NCBI GenBank assembly: GCA_965368975.1 | Contig: CBDUPA010000001.1 | Span: 704,001-768,000 of the forward strand | DNA length: 64,000 nt | Source of the DNA: an uncultured bacterium | Lineage (GTDB): Bacteria; Acidobacteriota; Thermoanaerobaculia; Multivoradales; JAHZIX01 | Direction of reading: 5' to 3' | In this document: positions 19,465 through 30,383 of the stretch, in pieces | Layout of the letters: the number at the start of each line of letters is the position of its first letter | Position numbering within the stretch: the first letter of the stretch is position 1 | Position numbers and translations under genes: made by a program | Notes under the pieces: generated by a model | What the model was told of the DNA's origin: nothing | The model's database searches: none | What the model saw: the letters and a program-made list of their open reading frames with translations, nothing else

Positions 19465-19932
19465 TCAGTGCTCGTGGTCGAGATACGAAGCCTTGAATTC
19501 ACCGATCAGCTTGCGCAACATCTCGACATTCTCAAGATCGGTGGTCTGCTTGGACTTCATGGCGTAGACCATGATCTGGTGCAACAAGGTGAGGTGACGG
19601 ACGTACTTGGCTTCGGCCTTCTCGTCTCCGGCCGGCGCTGGCTTGATGCGCTGCGCCAGGAAGTAGTCGGTTACCGTGTCGGTCAGGTTGTCCGCATGGA
19701 CTTCCTTGTTGTTGACCCAACGAACCAGTTGGTTCCACGTTGGTTTTTCTTGTGCACCAATTCTCGTGACCTGCTTCATCGATTTTTCGATGGTGTCGAC
19801 GTCTTCCAGCATCTGGGTGAAGCGGGTCTCGTCGCCGTAGATTCCGCACGGAATCTGGCAGTGGCCGAAGGCTGGCAGGGCTGGAGTGAGGAGCAGAGCG
19901 AGTAGCAGCAGAGCCGAAAGCAAGTGTCGCAT
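19465..19932 (-). CDS. sodN: Nickel superoxide dismutase precursor
   Basis: Ni-hook HCQIPCGIY right after a hydrophobic signal peptide; NQLVRWVNNKE.HA motif. Confidence 0.9.
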   Translation of the reverse strand: MRHLLSALLLLALLLTPALPAFGHCQIPCGIYGDETRFTQMLEDVDTIEKSMKQVTRIGAQEKPTWNQLVRWVNNKEVHADNLTDTVTDYFLAQRIKPAPAGDEKAEAKYVRHLTLLHQIMVYAMKSKQTTDLENVEMLRKLIGEFKASYLDHEH

Positions 19933-20099
19933 GAGAGCGTCTCCTTGTCGTGGTAGAACGTGGTTACTGAGAGACTTCCTCGAAGTAGCACGATGATACC
20001 GGGTGCTTGCACTCAGTCAAGAGTTCCAGTCGAACCCTTAGAGGTTGACCCGTCGAGGTGATCAACACACACATCACGCCGCCAATCGGAGGTATCCCG

Positions 20100-20786
20100 A
20101 TGAAGTTCCGCCCCGAAACCGATTTTCTGAGGGCCATCCGCCTCGCCGTACTCGTCCTGACTGTCACCTGTCTCACGGCCAGTTGTGCCCAGGCCCAGCG
20201 CCAGAGCGTTGCTATCGTTCTCTATCCTGGCGTCGAGCTGCTCGACTTCGCCGGCCCGGGTGAGGTGTTCTCAGCCGCTGGCTTCCGGGTGTTCACCGTT
20301 GCCGTGTCCGACCAGCCGCTGGTCAGCCAGGGCTTCGTGCGCATCATGCCGCAGTTCGCTATGGCCGACAGTCCACAGCCCGACATCACCGTCATTCCCG
20401 GCGGGGATGTCGGTGCGCTGCTCGACAGTCCAGAGGCCATGGCCTGGCTCGACAAGGCGGCCAAGGACGGTCAGCACGTGCTGTCGGTATGCAACGGCGC
20501 CCTGGTGCTTGCCAAGCTGGGCTTGCTCGACGGCCTCGAAGCCACCACGCATCACGGCTCCTTCAGTTCGCTGCGCAGCATGGCGCCCAACACGACGGTA
20601 CACGAGGATCGACGCTTCGTTGACAACGGCAAGATCATCACCTCGGCCGGCGTCTCCGCGGGGATCGATGGTTCTCTGCACTTGGTGTCCCGCCTGCTGG
20701 GGGAGGGCGCGGCACGACGCACGGCACGCTACATGGAGTACGACTGGCGTCCGGAGGAGTTCGCTGTAGCGGGAGCTTCCGACTAG
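20100..20786 (+). CDS. DJ-1/PfpI family protein
   Basis: GVELLDFAGPGEVF, VIPGG, SVCNGA, GLLDGLEATTH, IITSAGVSAGID. Confidence 0.9.
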   Translation: MKFRPETDFLRAIRLAVLVLTVTCLTASCAQAQRQSVAIVLYPGVELLDFAGPGEVFSAAGFRVFTVAVSDQPLVSQGFVRIMPQFAMADSPQPDITVIPGGDVGALLDSPEAMAWLDKAAKDGQHVLSVCNGALVLAKLGLLDGLEATTHHGSFSSLRSMAPNTTVHEDRRFVDNGKIITSAGVSAGIDGSLHLVSRLLGEGAARRTARYMEYDWRPEEFAVAGASD

Positions 20787-21102
20787 GAGATGACGCGGTG
20801 CAAGCTGAGTTCCCGAATCTTCATCCCTGGTCTCGATATCGACCTCTACCCGAAGAACAGTGGCGGTTCTGGCCTTGCTGGCCAGTCCCTTGTAGTTTGG
20901 CTGCGCTGATCAGGCACCGCGCGGCCGCGCCTTGATCCCCGGTCTCGACGGTCTCGATCTGCAGATAATCGAGCTACTGATCCCCGAAGCTCGGTTATCC
21001 CACGTCGCCGAGTTGCTACAGGCGCGCGTGGCTGGCTTGACTAAGAGCCCGGGGTAGGTTCTCAGGGCACCAACACCGACGAGCTTGAACTCCTGGCTCT
21101 TA

Positions 21103-22827
21103 CTAGATCTCGGCCCGAGCGACCCTATGACGTACTTCCCTTACCAGAATCTCGTCTCGGCTGACTCGGAAGGCATCGTAGTCATCATCCAGCATTGCCT
21201 GTTGAGCAGCTTCGCCGATGAAGTGGCTTGACAGTATCTGCCGGCAGCGATCTTTTGGCATTAGGTCTACGACATACTGACTTGGCCGTTTCCTGCTGAT
21301 CGCTCTGTTTGTTCTGGCGGTGATCAAGGTTCTGTTGACGATCGTGTTGAGTTCTTTAGATGCTGAGATAGATTGATCTTCACGGAGATGTGCCTTGGGG
21401 AAGATGTGGTGATCTTCGAGTTCGTGAAACTCGACGGTGTCTCCGTTTGAGAAATCACGTGCGCCCCGGAGCGCAACGAGGTTCATTATTCCCTTGTAAG
21501 GACTGCTAGTGCGGTCTCGATAGAGGAAAGAGAAGGACTGATTCTGGAGAATTCTCTGTTGAATCTCCCTGAACGCAGTTGGTACGAAGGTCGGGTCAGT
21601 GAACCGCCGTAGCAAGTCTATGCTGTCTCTATATGTGACGGTCTCGACGGACCCTGTGTACCGCTCGCCGAAGACACTTCCCCAATACCAAGCTTGTAGG
21701 TCTTCATAGGCGCCAGCGTCTCCATCTTCTCTCTCCAGCCAGTCCAAGGCCACGGCTAGGACTGGCAAGAGGGTGGTGTAGGGCTGCCACTTCTGATCGA
21801 AGACTCCGAAGCCTCCTTCCTGCGTGCTTGTCAGTCTCTGCAGAGCCTTTTCGAGAGAGCGCACAGCCCTCCGCCAGTCATCCTCGAAATTCTCTGGTCG
21901 CAGGTTGATGAGAGTCTTAGTTCTGACTTCCAGTCTGCGCAGGAGACCGATGGTTCTCAGTACAAAAACCCCATACTGATCGGGTTTACCTCCAGAGAAA
22001 TCGGCCAAGCGCGCATGATCTTCCATTGCCTCCTGCCAGAGAGAGTGCATGTCGATGTTGAACCGATAAAGCCGGGCTGTTAGCAGGTCGTAGACACCGA
22101 GTCGTACTCCTGTGCTGTTGAGCTTCTCGAAAATGACACAGACTTCTGCAATCGAGTCTTCGCGATTCTCATCAATCTTCGGAAGTTCAATGAAAGGAAT
22201 GTTCGAACCCAGTAGGTTCTCTTCAACTGCGACTCTCCATAATGGGCGGAGCACCTTTCGATAGTGCTCCCGCTCCTCTGACTGTCGCGTGTCCTCCAGC
22301 CAATCGGTATATGCGTCTTTCCAGGCGTGCCACTGGCTAACTTGCGTAAGCGGGAGAATTCGCTGCTGGAACTGAGTATTCCTGTCGGAAAGTAAACCAA
22401 TCTGATCGGCTCGGACGCTCTCGATTAACCGCTCGTCTTCATCGTTGACCAGCGAGTCGAGGTTCAGGAAGAAGCGATATGGATAGGAAGTATTCTTGAC
22501 CGGTATAGCAGGGCCATGTAAAGCATAGAAGAGGCTCGTCAATCTTTGCTGTCCATCTAGAATCAACCATTCGGGCCTCAGCTGGTCGGGATGGAGTTCG
22601 ACTCCCTGCAGCGCCCGGAAGCAAAACGGTGCATGGTCTGGATGGACACGGAGTAGTAAGAAGCTACCGATGAAATAGCCTCTGAAGAGGCTACGCAGTA
22701 GATCTGCTATGTCCTCCCGGCCCCAAACAAAATTACGCTGGAACTGCGGCAGCGCGATCTGTCCTTTGGATGCGTCTTCGACCAGTGCGATAAGTGCTTT
22801 CTTATCTGTAATGAGTTCCATTTCCAT
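21103..22827 (-). CDS. GmrSD-like restriction endonuclease (DUF262 plus C-terminal HNH/DUF1524-like domain)
   Basis: PQFQRNFVW, LDGQQRLTSL, IFEKLN; C-terminal EDHHIFPK...N...TN; visibly lower GC than its flanks. Confidence 0.8.
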   Translation of the reverse strand: MEMELITDKKALIALVEDASKGQIALPQFQRNFVWGREDIADLLRSLFRGYFIGSFLLLRVHPDHAPFCFRALQGVELHPDQLRPEWLILDGQQRLTSLFYALHGPAIPVKNTSYPYRFFLNLDSLVNDEDERLIESVRADQIGLLSDRNTQFQQRILPLTQVSQWHAWKDAYTDWLEDTRQSEEREHYRKVLRPLWRVAVEENLLGSNIPFIELPKIDENREDSIAEVCVIFEKLNSTGVRLGVYDLLTARLYRFNIDMHSLWQEAMEDHARLADFSGGKPDQYGVFVLRTIGLLRRLEVRTKTLINLRPENFEDDWRRAVRSLEKALQRLTSTQEGGFGVFDQKWQPYTTLLPVLAVALDWLEREDGDAGAYEDLQAWYWGSVFGERYTGSVETVTYRDSIDLLRRFTDPTFVPTAFREIQQRILQNQSFSFLYRDRTSSPYKGIMNLVALRGARDFSNGDTVEFHELEDHHIFPKAHLREDQSISASKELNTIVNRTLITARTNRAISRKRPSQYVVDLMPKDRCRQILSSHFIGEAAQQAMLDDDYDAFRVSRDEILVREVRHRVARAEI

Positions 22828-22935
22828 GTAACATTTCTCCGCGCGAAAAATTCGGCAATCCAAGATTTCGTGGATGGGTTAATCCGGCGAGCTTTCGATT
22901 AGTAGATAGGCCCTTTGGATGCTCTGTCAACCGCT

Positions 22936-23187
22936 TTAGGCGGCAGAGCTTTGCCGGTGCTTCGAGAAGCCCCAGAGGCTGATCAGCACCCAGGCACTCT
23001 CGATGATGAACGCGGGCCAGTTGAAGTCGAAGTAGAGCGAAACGAGGATCAAGCCTGCACCGAGCGCGTTGCCGAGCGAAAAGACCGGGCTCCGGGTTGA
23101 TAGGCGGTCGGCGTGGGCCGCCCAGTAGAGGCCCAAGACGATAGCGACGCCGAGCATGCCGACGGCGTCTGGGAGGGTGAAGGTCAC
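22936..23187 (-). CDS. Small membrane protein (CBU_0592-like)
   Basis: 83 aa, three TM segments, N.LGA.LIL.SL...FN....IE..W..IS..G pattern. Confidence 0.7.
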   Translation of the reverse strand: MTFTLPDAVGMLGVAIVLGLYWAAHADRLSTRSPVFSLGNALGAGLILVSLYFDFNWPAFIIESAWVLISLWGFSKHRQSSAA

Positions 23188-23196
23188 GCTGTTACG

Positions 23197-23754
23197 TCAC
23201 ATCGACGCGTCGCGCACGATCTTCCAGCCGTCGGCGCGGCGCTCGAAGACCAGCAAGGTCAGACCGCTGGCGGTTTCCTTGTCGGCCTGCTCGGGATAGC
23301 TCAGCGTCCAGGTGGCCACGAGCGACGCCGCCGCCGGTGGGCTACAGCCACCGGCGCCGTGGATGTCGAGCTGGATCGGCTCCAGGGTCAGAATGCCTTG
23401 CGCCGCACGGTCCGGGTAGCGACGCTGGTACCGTTCCAGTACCTGCTGGCGTCCGCGTGTCAGTCCGGACGGCGAGACGAACATCGTGTTCTCGGTGTAG
23501 TCGGCGCAGAAGGTCTCGAGATCGCCTCGGTTCCACGCCGCCATCTGGCGCTCCAGCACAGCGAGAATCTCCTCCTGCGCCTGCTCGCGTTGCTGGCTCG
23601 CCAGCACGTCGCTGCGTGCTGCTAGCGCCCCCTCGGGCAGGGGGCTGTCGCCGCGTCCGGGCTCTCCCTGGTCGGTCTGGGTGTCGGTCAGGGCATGGCC
23701 CTGTGGCGCTGCCAGGGGCAGCAGGATCAGTAGCAAAAACAGCGCTTGTCGCAT
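23197..23754 (-). CDS. NTF2-like / DUF4440 (YybH-like) secreted protein
   Basis: GAGGA before ATG 23754; signal peptide; AAWNRGDLE.F..DY...RGRQQVL.RY...SG.T.LVF....GWKIV.D.S. Confidence 0.82.
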   Translation of the reverse strand: MRQALFLLLILLPLAAPQGHALTDTQTDQGEPGRGDSPLPEGALAARSDVLASQQREQAQEEILAVLERQMAAWNRGDLETFCADYTENTMFVSPSGLTRGRQQVLERYQRRYPDRAAQGILTLEPIQLDIHGAGGCSPPAAASLVATWTLSYPEQADKETASGLTLLVFERRADGWKIVRDASM

Positions 23755-23993
23755 GGCAGGTTCCTCCTCGGGCTGGGATGGCGAGCGTGATTGTGCCACA
23801 TCCCTGGGGGCTCGACGCACACGGTGGTCTCTCTGCTCGTCGCCGTGGAGTTCTGCTCCCAGCCTGCCGGGCGACTTGCAATTCAAGGCTCGGCCGCCGT
23901 AAAGTCAGCGTTCGGCTAGGCATACGGGCCCGGCTCCCGCCTCCGTTTTCCAGCTGACCCGAGATAACCCCTTGAACCTCCGGAGCAACGACG

Positions 23994-24557
23994 ATGAACG
24001 AGCGTTTCAATGCCAAGCTGATCAGTGGTGGACACAAAGGGACCGAAGCTGAGTTCGGCAAGAACGCCGAGCTGTGGCATATCCCCGAGGTCACCCTCTC
24101 CTATGAAGGCCACGTCATGGAACGTCCGGTCAATGTCGAGGTCCTGAGCGACGACGACCTGCGCGAGGGGCACGTCAGCATGGAGATCGTCTTCAAGCGC
24201 TTGGGGCGCCGCTTCGCGCACCGGCAGCAGATCCGGCGTGTCATCCAGTCGATGTTTCACGTTGTGACCCGCGGCCACCACCTGTTCGCGGTCGGCTGGA
24301 TCCAGCCCGATGGCACCGTCAAGGGGGGTACCGGCTGGGGCGTCGAGCTGGCCAAGTTCTTCAACCGTCCGCTCAGCGTCTTCGACCAGGGCAAGGAGCG
24401 TTGGTTCAATTGGAGTGGCAAGGACTGGCAGGAAGCCGACGCGATGCTTCCCGACAAGCCCTTCTCGGCCACCGGTACCCGCAACCTCACCGAAGCCGGC
24501 CGCACCGCCGTCCGCGAGCTCTTCGAGCGCAGCTACGGAGCACCGTCAGAGGGCTGA
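23994..24557 (+). CDS. Conserved hypothetical protein, SLOG/Rossmann-like
   Basis: SGGHKG.E..F N-terminal glycine motif and VKGGTGWGVE motif. Confidence 0.6.
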   Translation: MNERFNAKLISGGHKGTEAEFGKNAELWHIPEVTLSYEGHVMERPVNVEVLSDDDLREGHVSMEIVFKRLGRRFAHRQQIRRVIQSMFHVVTRGHHLFAVGWIQPDGTVKGGTGWGVELAKFFNRPLSVFDQGKERWFNWSGKDWQEADAMLPDKPFSATGTRNLTEAGRTAVRELFERSYGAPSEG

Positions 24558-24583
24558 GAGAAGACGCGTCAAGCAGGGACGCT

Positions 24584-24610
24584 TGAAACATCCTGCGGTG
24601 CTCTGACGTC
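24584..24610 (+). promoter_or_regulatory. ECF-type promoter candidate upstream of the second permease
   Basis: TGAAAC-N17-CGTC, matching the AAC/CGT ECF promoter pattern. Confidence 0.45.
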
Positions 24611-24680
24611 TTCTAGTTCAAGACACGCCCCCGAGGCTGAACCGAACTTCTAGACGCCAACTCCACCGCGAGGTGATCCC

Positions 24681-27137
24681 ATGTTTCCCGACTTCCGTCA
24701 GGCCTTCCGCAAGCTCCGCCGCTCGCCCTTCTTCACTAGCATTGCCGTCCTGACCCTGGCCCTCGGCATTGGCGCCAACGCGGCGGTATTCAGTGTCGTC
24801 TACGGCGTGCTCCTCAAGCCGCTGCCCTTCGACGAGCCCGAGCGCCTGGTTGGCATTTGGTACGAGGCGCCTGGCTTGGGCTTCGAGCAGGTGAACCAGT
24901 CGCCGGCAACGTACTTCACGCACCGGGACGATACCGAGATGCTGGAAGATCTCGGCTTGTGGGACAACAGCCAGGTTTCGGTCACTGGGCTCGAGAAGCC
25001 GATGGAGATCGAGGCGATGTTGGTGACGGACGGCACGCTGCCGATCTTGCGCGTGCGACCGGAGCTCGGGCGCTTGTTCAGTGCCGAAGACGATCTGCCG
25101 GACGCGCCCGAGACGGTGATGCTGAGCCACGGCTTTTGGAAACAGCAGTTCGGTGGTGACGCGTCGGTGGTGGGGCAGACGCTGCGGATCGACGGCCGTC
25201 CGCGCGAGATCATCGGGGTGTTGCCCGCGGGATTCCGGGTCATCGACTTCGACGCGGCGGTGTATCTACCGATGGGTTTCGAGAAAGCACAGGCGCGCAT
25301 GGGCAACTTCAGCTACCAGGGACTTGGGCGGCTGGTGCCAGGAGCGACGCTGGCACAGCTCGAAGCCGAGATGAACCGCTTGATCCCGGTGATGACGGAT
25401 CGCTATCCGGGCGGCATCACGCTGAGCATGCTGCAGGAGGCGCGCTTCGCGGCCTACCCGCGCTCGCTCAAGCAGGATGTGGTCGGCGATGTCGGGTCGG
25501 CGCTGTGGGTCCTGCTCGGCACGGTCGGATTGGTGTTGCTGATCGCCTGCGCCAACGTCGCCAACCTTTTCTTGGTGCGCGCTGATGGCCGACAGCTAGA
25601 AGTAGCGGTACGCACGGCGATGGGTGCCAGCCGAATGTCGGTGGTGCGCTCGTTCCTGGCCGAGAGCGTGCTGTTGGGCCTTCTCGGTGGTATTGCCGGT
25701 CTGGCGCTGGCCTTTGCCGGACTGCGCTTGCTGGTGGCTCTCGGACCGCGCAGCTTGCCGCGACTGCAGGAGATCTCGATCGACCCGACCGTGATCTTGT
25801 TCACGGCTGGTGTCTCGCTGCTGGCGGGTGTCCTCTTTGGCTTGGTCCCGGGGCTGCGTAGCAGTGCTCTGGGCGGGCTCGCAGTGACTCTCAAAGAGGG
25901 AGGATATCGCGGCTCGGAGGGTCGCCAGCGGCGCCGCGCCCGTCACGTGCTGGTGGTCAGCCAGGTGGCGTTGGCTCTGGTGTTGCTGGTCGGCTCCGGC
26001 CTCATGATCCGCAGCTTCCAAGCGCTGCAGCAGGTCGACCCCGGCTTCCGCGACCCGGCCGACGTGCTGACGCTGCGCGTGTCGCTGCCACGTGCCGAGG
26101 TCGAGACGGTGGAGCAGGTGATCCAGACCTTCCAACAGATGTACCAGAACCTGGCAGCGATTCCCGGCGTCAGCGCGCTGGGAATGAGTAGCTCGATCAC
26201 CATGGACGGTTGGGACAACAACGACGCGCTGTACGTGGAGGACGCGCCGACACCCGAGGGACAGTTACCGCCGATCCGGCGCGACAAGCGGGTAGCGGGC
26301 GACTACGTGGCGACCATGGGCAACCGCCTGTTGGCCGGGCGGGCGATCGACTGGAACGACTCGCTCCGGCGCAACAAGGTCGTGATGCTCACTGAGGATC
26401 TGGCCACCACCTACTGGGACTCTCCCGCCGAGGCGATCGGCAAGCGGGTGAGTAATGACTCCAGCGGTGACTGGTACGAGGTCGTCGGCGTGGTGGGTGA
26501 TATCCGCGACAACGGTGTGTCTCAGCCAACGGTGCCCACGGTCTACTGGCCGATGGTGGTGGTGGATCCGCGGGACGGCGAGGTCAACGCGCGACGCGCG
26601 ATGGCCTTCGCGCTGCGCCACCAGCGTCCCGACGAAGCGGGCCTGGTACGCGACGTCCAGGACGTCGTGTGGTCGATCAATCCCAATCTGCCGCTGGCCA
26701 ACCTACAGGGGCTCGACGAGATTCTGGGGCGCTCGATGGCACGCACCTCGTTCGTCCTTGTGATGCTGGCGATCGCCGCGGTGGTGGCATTGCTGCTCGG
26801 CAGCGTCGGCATCTATGGTGTCACTTCGTACTCGGTGACACAGCGTACCCGCGAGATCGGCGTCCGGTTGGCGTTGGGCGCGGGGCGCGGCGACGTCAGC
26901 GGCATGGTTCTGCGCCAAGCCGCGACATTGGCGGCGATCGGTGTCGGCGTGGGGCTGGCAGCTGCGTTCGGGCTGACGCGGCTGATGACGTCTCTGTTGC
27001 ACGGCGTCGAAGCGGTCGATCCGCCGACCTACGTGGCCGTCGCGCTGGCGTTGGTTCTGTTCGCGCTGCTGGCCAGCTGGCTACCGGCGCGGCGAGCGGC
27101 GCGCACGGATCCTATGGTCGCCCTTCGCTGGGAGTAG
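24681..27137 (+). CDS. ABC permease, ADOP type
   Basis: [68 protein letters not shown]. Confidence 0.93.
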   Translation: MFPDFRQAFRKLRRSPFFTSIAVLTLALGIGANAAVFSVVYGVLLKPLPFDEPERLVGIWYEAPGLGFEQVNQSPATYFTHRDDTEMLEDLGLWDNSQVSVTGLEKPMEIEAMLVTDGTLPILRVRPELGRLFSAEDDLPDAPETVMLSHGFWKQQFGGDASVVGQTLRIDGRPREIIGVLPAGFRVIDFDAAVYLPMGFEKAQARMGNFSYQGLGRLVPGATLAQLEAEMNRLIPVMTDRYPGGITLSMLQEARFAAYPRSLKQDVVGDVGSALWVLLGTVGLVLLIACANVANLFLVRADGRQLEVAVRTAMGASRMSVVRSFLAESVLLGLLGGIAGLALAFAGLRLLVALGPRSLPRLQEISIDPTVILFTAGVSLLAGVLFGLVPGLRSSALGGLAVTLKEGGYRGSEGRQRRRARHVLVVSQVALALVLLVGSGLMIRSFQALQQVDPGFRDPADVLTLRVSLPRAEVETVEQVIQTFQQMYQNLAAIPGVSALGMSSSITMDGWDNNDALYVEDAPTPEGQLPPIRRDKRVAGDYVATMGNRLLAGRAIDWNDSLRRNKVVMLTEDLATTYWDSPAEAIGKRVSNDSSGDWYEVVGVVGDIRDNGVSQPTVPTVYWPMVVVDPRDGEVNARRAMAFALRHQRPDEAGLVRDVQDVVWSINPNLPLANLQGLDEILGRSMARTSFVLVMLAIAAVVALLLGSVGIYGVTSYSVTQRTREIGVRLALGAGRGDVSGMVLRQAATLAAIGVGVGLAAAFGLTRLMTSLLHGVEAVDPPTYVAVALALVLFALLASWLPARRAARTDPMVALRWE

Positions 27138-29421
27138 GATCGCTGGGCCTCTGGGTGGTAGCTAGCAGTTCCTCGACTTCGAGAACGTCCTGGTCTTCGG
27201 GCGGCCGGTGCCGGACCAGGACGTTCCGACTCTCTTGTAAGAGGACGCGCGCGCCGTCGATGTCCCCTTGCTCCAGCAGCAGAGCGCCGAGATCCTTGCG
27301 CGCCAGCGCCGTGTCCAGGTGATCGTCGCCCAACTCCGCGCGGCGGATCTCTAGTGCATCAATGTAGTGACGCCCCGCGGCCTGGAGTTGACCCCGCAGG
27401 TGGTGCAGGCCTCCGAGGCTGCTGAGGACCGCTGCCGCCTTGCGGCTGCGTTCGCCATAGATGTCGCGACGGATCGCGAGGGCTTGCAGCAGCAGTGGCT
27501 CGGCGACGTCCAGCTTGCCCTGGTGGATGAGTACGGTGCCCAGGCTGCGCAGGCTGGTGGCGACGTTGGCGTCATGCTCGCCGAACTGTGCCAGACGCTG
27601 CGTCAGAACCTCGCGGTAGATCGTCTCGGCCTCGTCGAAAGCGCCGCGTTTGAGCAGGATAGCCGCCAGGTTGCTCCGTGGCTTGGCCAGATCCCGGGTC
27701 AGGCCCAGCCGCTGGCGCATGGAAATGGCCTCGCGGAAACGGAGCTCGGCCAGGTCGAGTCGGCCGGTCCAGTAGTCGAGGTAGGCCAGATTGTTGAGCG
27801 CCGAGGCCAGATCCGGCTGGTCGCGGTCGCTCAGGGCTCGGTACTGGGCCACGGAGCTTTCGAACAGCTCTCGGGCCTCGTCGTACGCGCCGAGTCGGGC
27901 GTAGACCTCGCCCAGGCGCAACTGCAGCTTGGCGCGGGCTTCCGGGTCTTCGAGCAACTGGCGTTCTAGCCGCAAGCGCCCCTTGTCGACCAGCTCGCGC
28001 ACCGTCGGTTCGCGCCCGTTCGGCTCCTCCGTGCCGGGGCGATCCGGGGAGGCGGCCTGGAACAAGCTGACCAGGAAGTCGGTGACGCCTTCGGCCCGCT
28101 GCCGCGCTCGTTCGGTGTTGTCCAGCTGACGATCGAGCGCCACGGTGAAGGCGCTGGCCAGCACCAGCGCCAACAGCAGGCCGGCAGCGGGAAGACGGTG
28201 GCGGCGCAGAAAGCGGCTGGCGACGTAGAGGGGGCCGCCGGCGCGCGCCTCGACCGGCCGTAGCCGCAGGTGGCGGCGAAGGTCCGCGGCCAGCTGCTCG
28301 ATCGTGGCGTAGCGTTGCGACGGGTTTTCCGCGAGCGCTTTCAGGACGATGGCGTCGACATCGCCTGCCAGGGCCCGGCGCAGACCACGCACGGAACCGC
28401 GGCGCGAATCCGCCACCACCTCCGGCCGCAGCTGGCGGGTGCTGGCGTCGGAGTAGGTGAAAGTGAGGTGCCGGCTGGTGGCTCGGCTGGGCGGCACGAT
28501 GGGTTGGATTCCTGGCTGCGCTGGAGGAGTGTCGACCGGTGTCGTCTCGCCATCGGCGAGGGCGGCATGGTGGGGCAGCCGGCCGGTGAGCAAAAGGTAG
28601 AGGATGACGCCCAAGGAGTAGATATCACTGGTTGTCCCGATGGGCTCGTGCCGCCGCTGCTCCGGACTGGCGTAGTGCAACGTCATGGCGCTTTGGTGCG
28701 GATCGCCAGTGGCATCCGTGGTGTCCGTGCGCAGCAACTTTGCGATGCCAAAGTCGAGCAGCTTGGGCGTTCCGTGCGCATCCACCAGGATGTTACTGGG
28801 CTTGAGGTCGCGATGCACGATCAGGTTCTGGTGCGCCAGTTGCAGCGCTGAGCACACGGGCAACAGCAGTTCCAGGCGCTGACGGACACTGAGCCGGTGC
28901 TGGTCGCAGTAGTGGTCCAGCCGCTCGCCTTCGACGTACTCCATGGCGAAGTAGGGCACACCGTCGGCGGTCGTTCCGCCGTCCAGCAGGCGCGCGATGT
29001 TGGGATGCTCGAGGCGGGCCAGGATCTGACGCTCGACGTGGAAGCGGCGCAGCAACGACTCGCTGGCGCCACCACGCTGGACGAGCTTGAGCGCTACTTG
29101 CTGTTCGAACTCTTCCTGGCGCTCGGCCAGGAAGACGATGCCCATGCCGCCGCGTCCCAGGTTCTTGACCAGCTGATACGGACCGACTCGCTGGCCGAGC
29201 TCGAAGTCTTCCAGTTCCGGAGTCGGACGCAAGCCCGCCAGGACCGGTTGCTCGATGAAGTCGTCGAGCTGATCCTCGTAGGCCAGGAAGGACTCGACCT
29301 CGCGCAGGAGATCCGGATCCCCACCACACAGGTCGGCCAGCCAGCTGCGGCGATCTGGGTACGCTGGATCCATGGTCTGCTCGAGGATCCTCTGAATGTG
29401 TTGCCAGCGCTCGGGGCTCAC
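27112..29421 (-). CDS. Membrane Ser/Thr kinase with C-terminal TPR domain
   Basis: AGGAG then GTG at 29421; [30 protein letters not shown]; one TM; ASALNNLA-type TPRs. Confidence 0.92.
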   Translation of the reverse strand: MSPERWQHIQRILEQTMDPAYPDRRSWLADLCGGDPDLLREVESFLAYEDQLDDFIEQPVLAGLRPTPELEDFELGQRVGPYQLVKNLGRGGMGIVFLAERQEEFEQQVALKLVQRGGASESLLRRFHVERQILARLEHPNIARLLDGGTTADGVPYFAMEYVEGERLDHYCDQHRLSVRQRLELLLPVCSALQLAHQNLIVHRDLKPSNILVDAHGTPKLLDFGIAKLLRTDTTDATGDPHQSAMTLHYASPEQRRHEPIGTTSDIYSLGVILYLLLTGRLPHHAALADGETTPVDTPPAQPGIQPIVPPSRATSRHLTFTYSDASTRQLRPEVVADSRRGSVRGLRRALAGDVDAIVLKALAENPSQRYATIEQLAADLRRHLRLRPVEARAGGPLYVASRFLRRHRLPAAGLLLALVLASAFTVALDRQLDNTERARQRAEGVTDFLVSLFQAASPDRPGTEEPNGREPTVRELVDKGRLRLERQLLEDPEARAKLQLRLGEVYARLGAYDEARELFESSVAQYRALSDRDQPDLASALNNLAYLDYWTGRLDLAELRFREAISMRQRLGLTRDLAKPRSNLAAILLKRGAFDEAETIYREVLTQRLAQFGEHDANVATSLRSLGTVLIHQGKLDVAEPLLLQALAIRRDIYGERSRKAAAVLSSLGGLHHLRGQLQAAGRHYIDALEIRRAELGDDHLDTALARKDLGALLLEQGDIDGARVLLQESRNVLVRHRPPEDQDVLEVEELLATTQRPSDPTPSEGRP

Positions 29422-29503
29422 GGCTGCTCTCCTGATTCTCGTGGTTCTTCCAGAGAAGCGCAGAAGCGCCACCAACCAGACCACGTCGCCGCCCGCCCGA
29501 AGT

Positions 29504-30097
29504 TCACGGACCGTCCAGGGCGCGCAGCAACCACAGGCGGGCCGAGCGCCAGGCGCGCTTGACGGTCATCGCTGAGATGTCGAGTGTCGCCGCGGTTTCC
29601 TCGATGGTCAGGCCGCCGAAGTAGCGCAGCTCGACGATGCGAGCTTGCCGTGGATCGACCTTGGCCAGCCCTCGCAGTGCCGTGTCCAGGGCTACCAGGT
29701 CGATGTCGATTTGTCCCAAGGCCGACGTCCAGGCGCCGGACGTCGGCGAGTCGAGCTGTTCGTCGAAGGGTAGCGTCGGGACGCCGCCACCTTTCTTCAG
29801 TGCCTTGCGCCTACGTGCGTGATCCACCAACACCCTGCGCATGATCTCGGCCATGCCGGCGAAGAACTGGGCACGGCTTTCCCAGTGCACGGACTGGCGA
29901 CTGGCTACGCGTAGATAGACCTCGTTGACCAGCGCTGTCGGCTGCAGGGTGTGTCCCGGATTCTCTTTGGACAGATGGATACGCGCCAGCCGGCGCAGGT
30001 CATCGAAAACCAATGGGATCAGTCGCTCGAGGGCTTCCGGGTCGCCATCGCTCCAAGCGTCGAGAAGCGCCGTGACGTCCCACTGAGGTTCAGGCAT
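29504..30097 (-). CDS. ECF sigma factor, TIGR02999/kinase-associated type
   Basis: VTALLDAWSDGD, HTLQPTALVNEVYL, PRQARIVELRYFGGLTIEETA, VKRAWRSARLWL. Confidence 0.92.
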   Translation of the reverse strand: MPEPQWDVTALLDAWSDGDPEALERLIPLVFDDLRRLARIHLSKENPGHTLQPTALVNEVYLRVASRQSVHWESRAQFFAGMAEIMRRVLVDHARRRKALKKGGGVPTLPFDEQLDSPTSGAWTSALGQIDIDLVALDTALRGLAKVDPRQARIVELRYFGGLTIEETAATLDISAMTVKRAWRSARLWLLRALDGP

Positions 30098-30238
30098 GCA
30101 GGGATTCTAGCCGATGCCCAACCCTTCGGTGAGTGCCTAACCGTCGGGTTAGTGGATTCGGTGATCTGTGCGGGACCCAGGACAGTCGCGGAAGGGTAAG
30201 TATTTCTTGGGCCGGGTTTTATGGGTTCTCCGAAGAGT

Positions 30239-30254
30239 TGGCACACGGTCTGCA
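30239..30254 (+). promoter_or_regulatory. Sigma54 (-24/-12) promoter candidate
   Basis: TGGCACACGGTCTGCA: GG-N10-GC spacing with a TGGCAC -24 element and AT-rich DNA upstream; 130 nt before ATG 30384. Confidence 0.65.
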
Positions 30255-30383
30255 ATACCTCTCCAGTCAGACCACGAAGACCATCCACCGGTGGACCGGT
30301 CACCTTCATGTTCCCAGCAACGGCGAGTCCAGGACTCCCGTTCGCAGTGACAGCGAGCCCAAGGGCTCGCAAGGAGACCTGTC

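Noticed and set aside
20787-21102. Non-coding stretch with a repeated ATCCC(T/C)GGTCTCGA word, possible gene remnant or att site
   Set aside because: No matching copy seen on the far side of the GmrSD-like gene and no convincing ORF; too weak to call.
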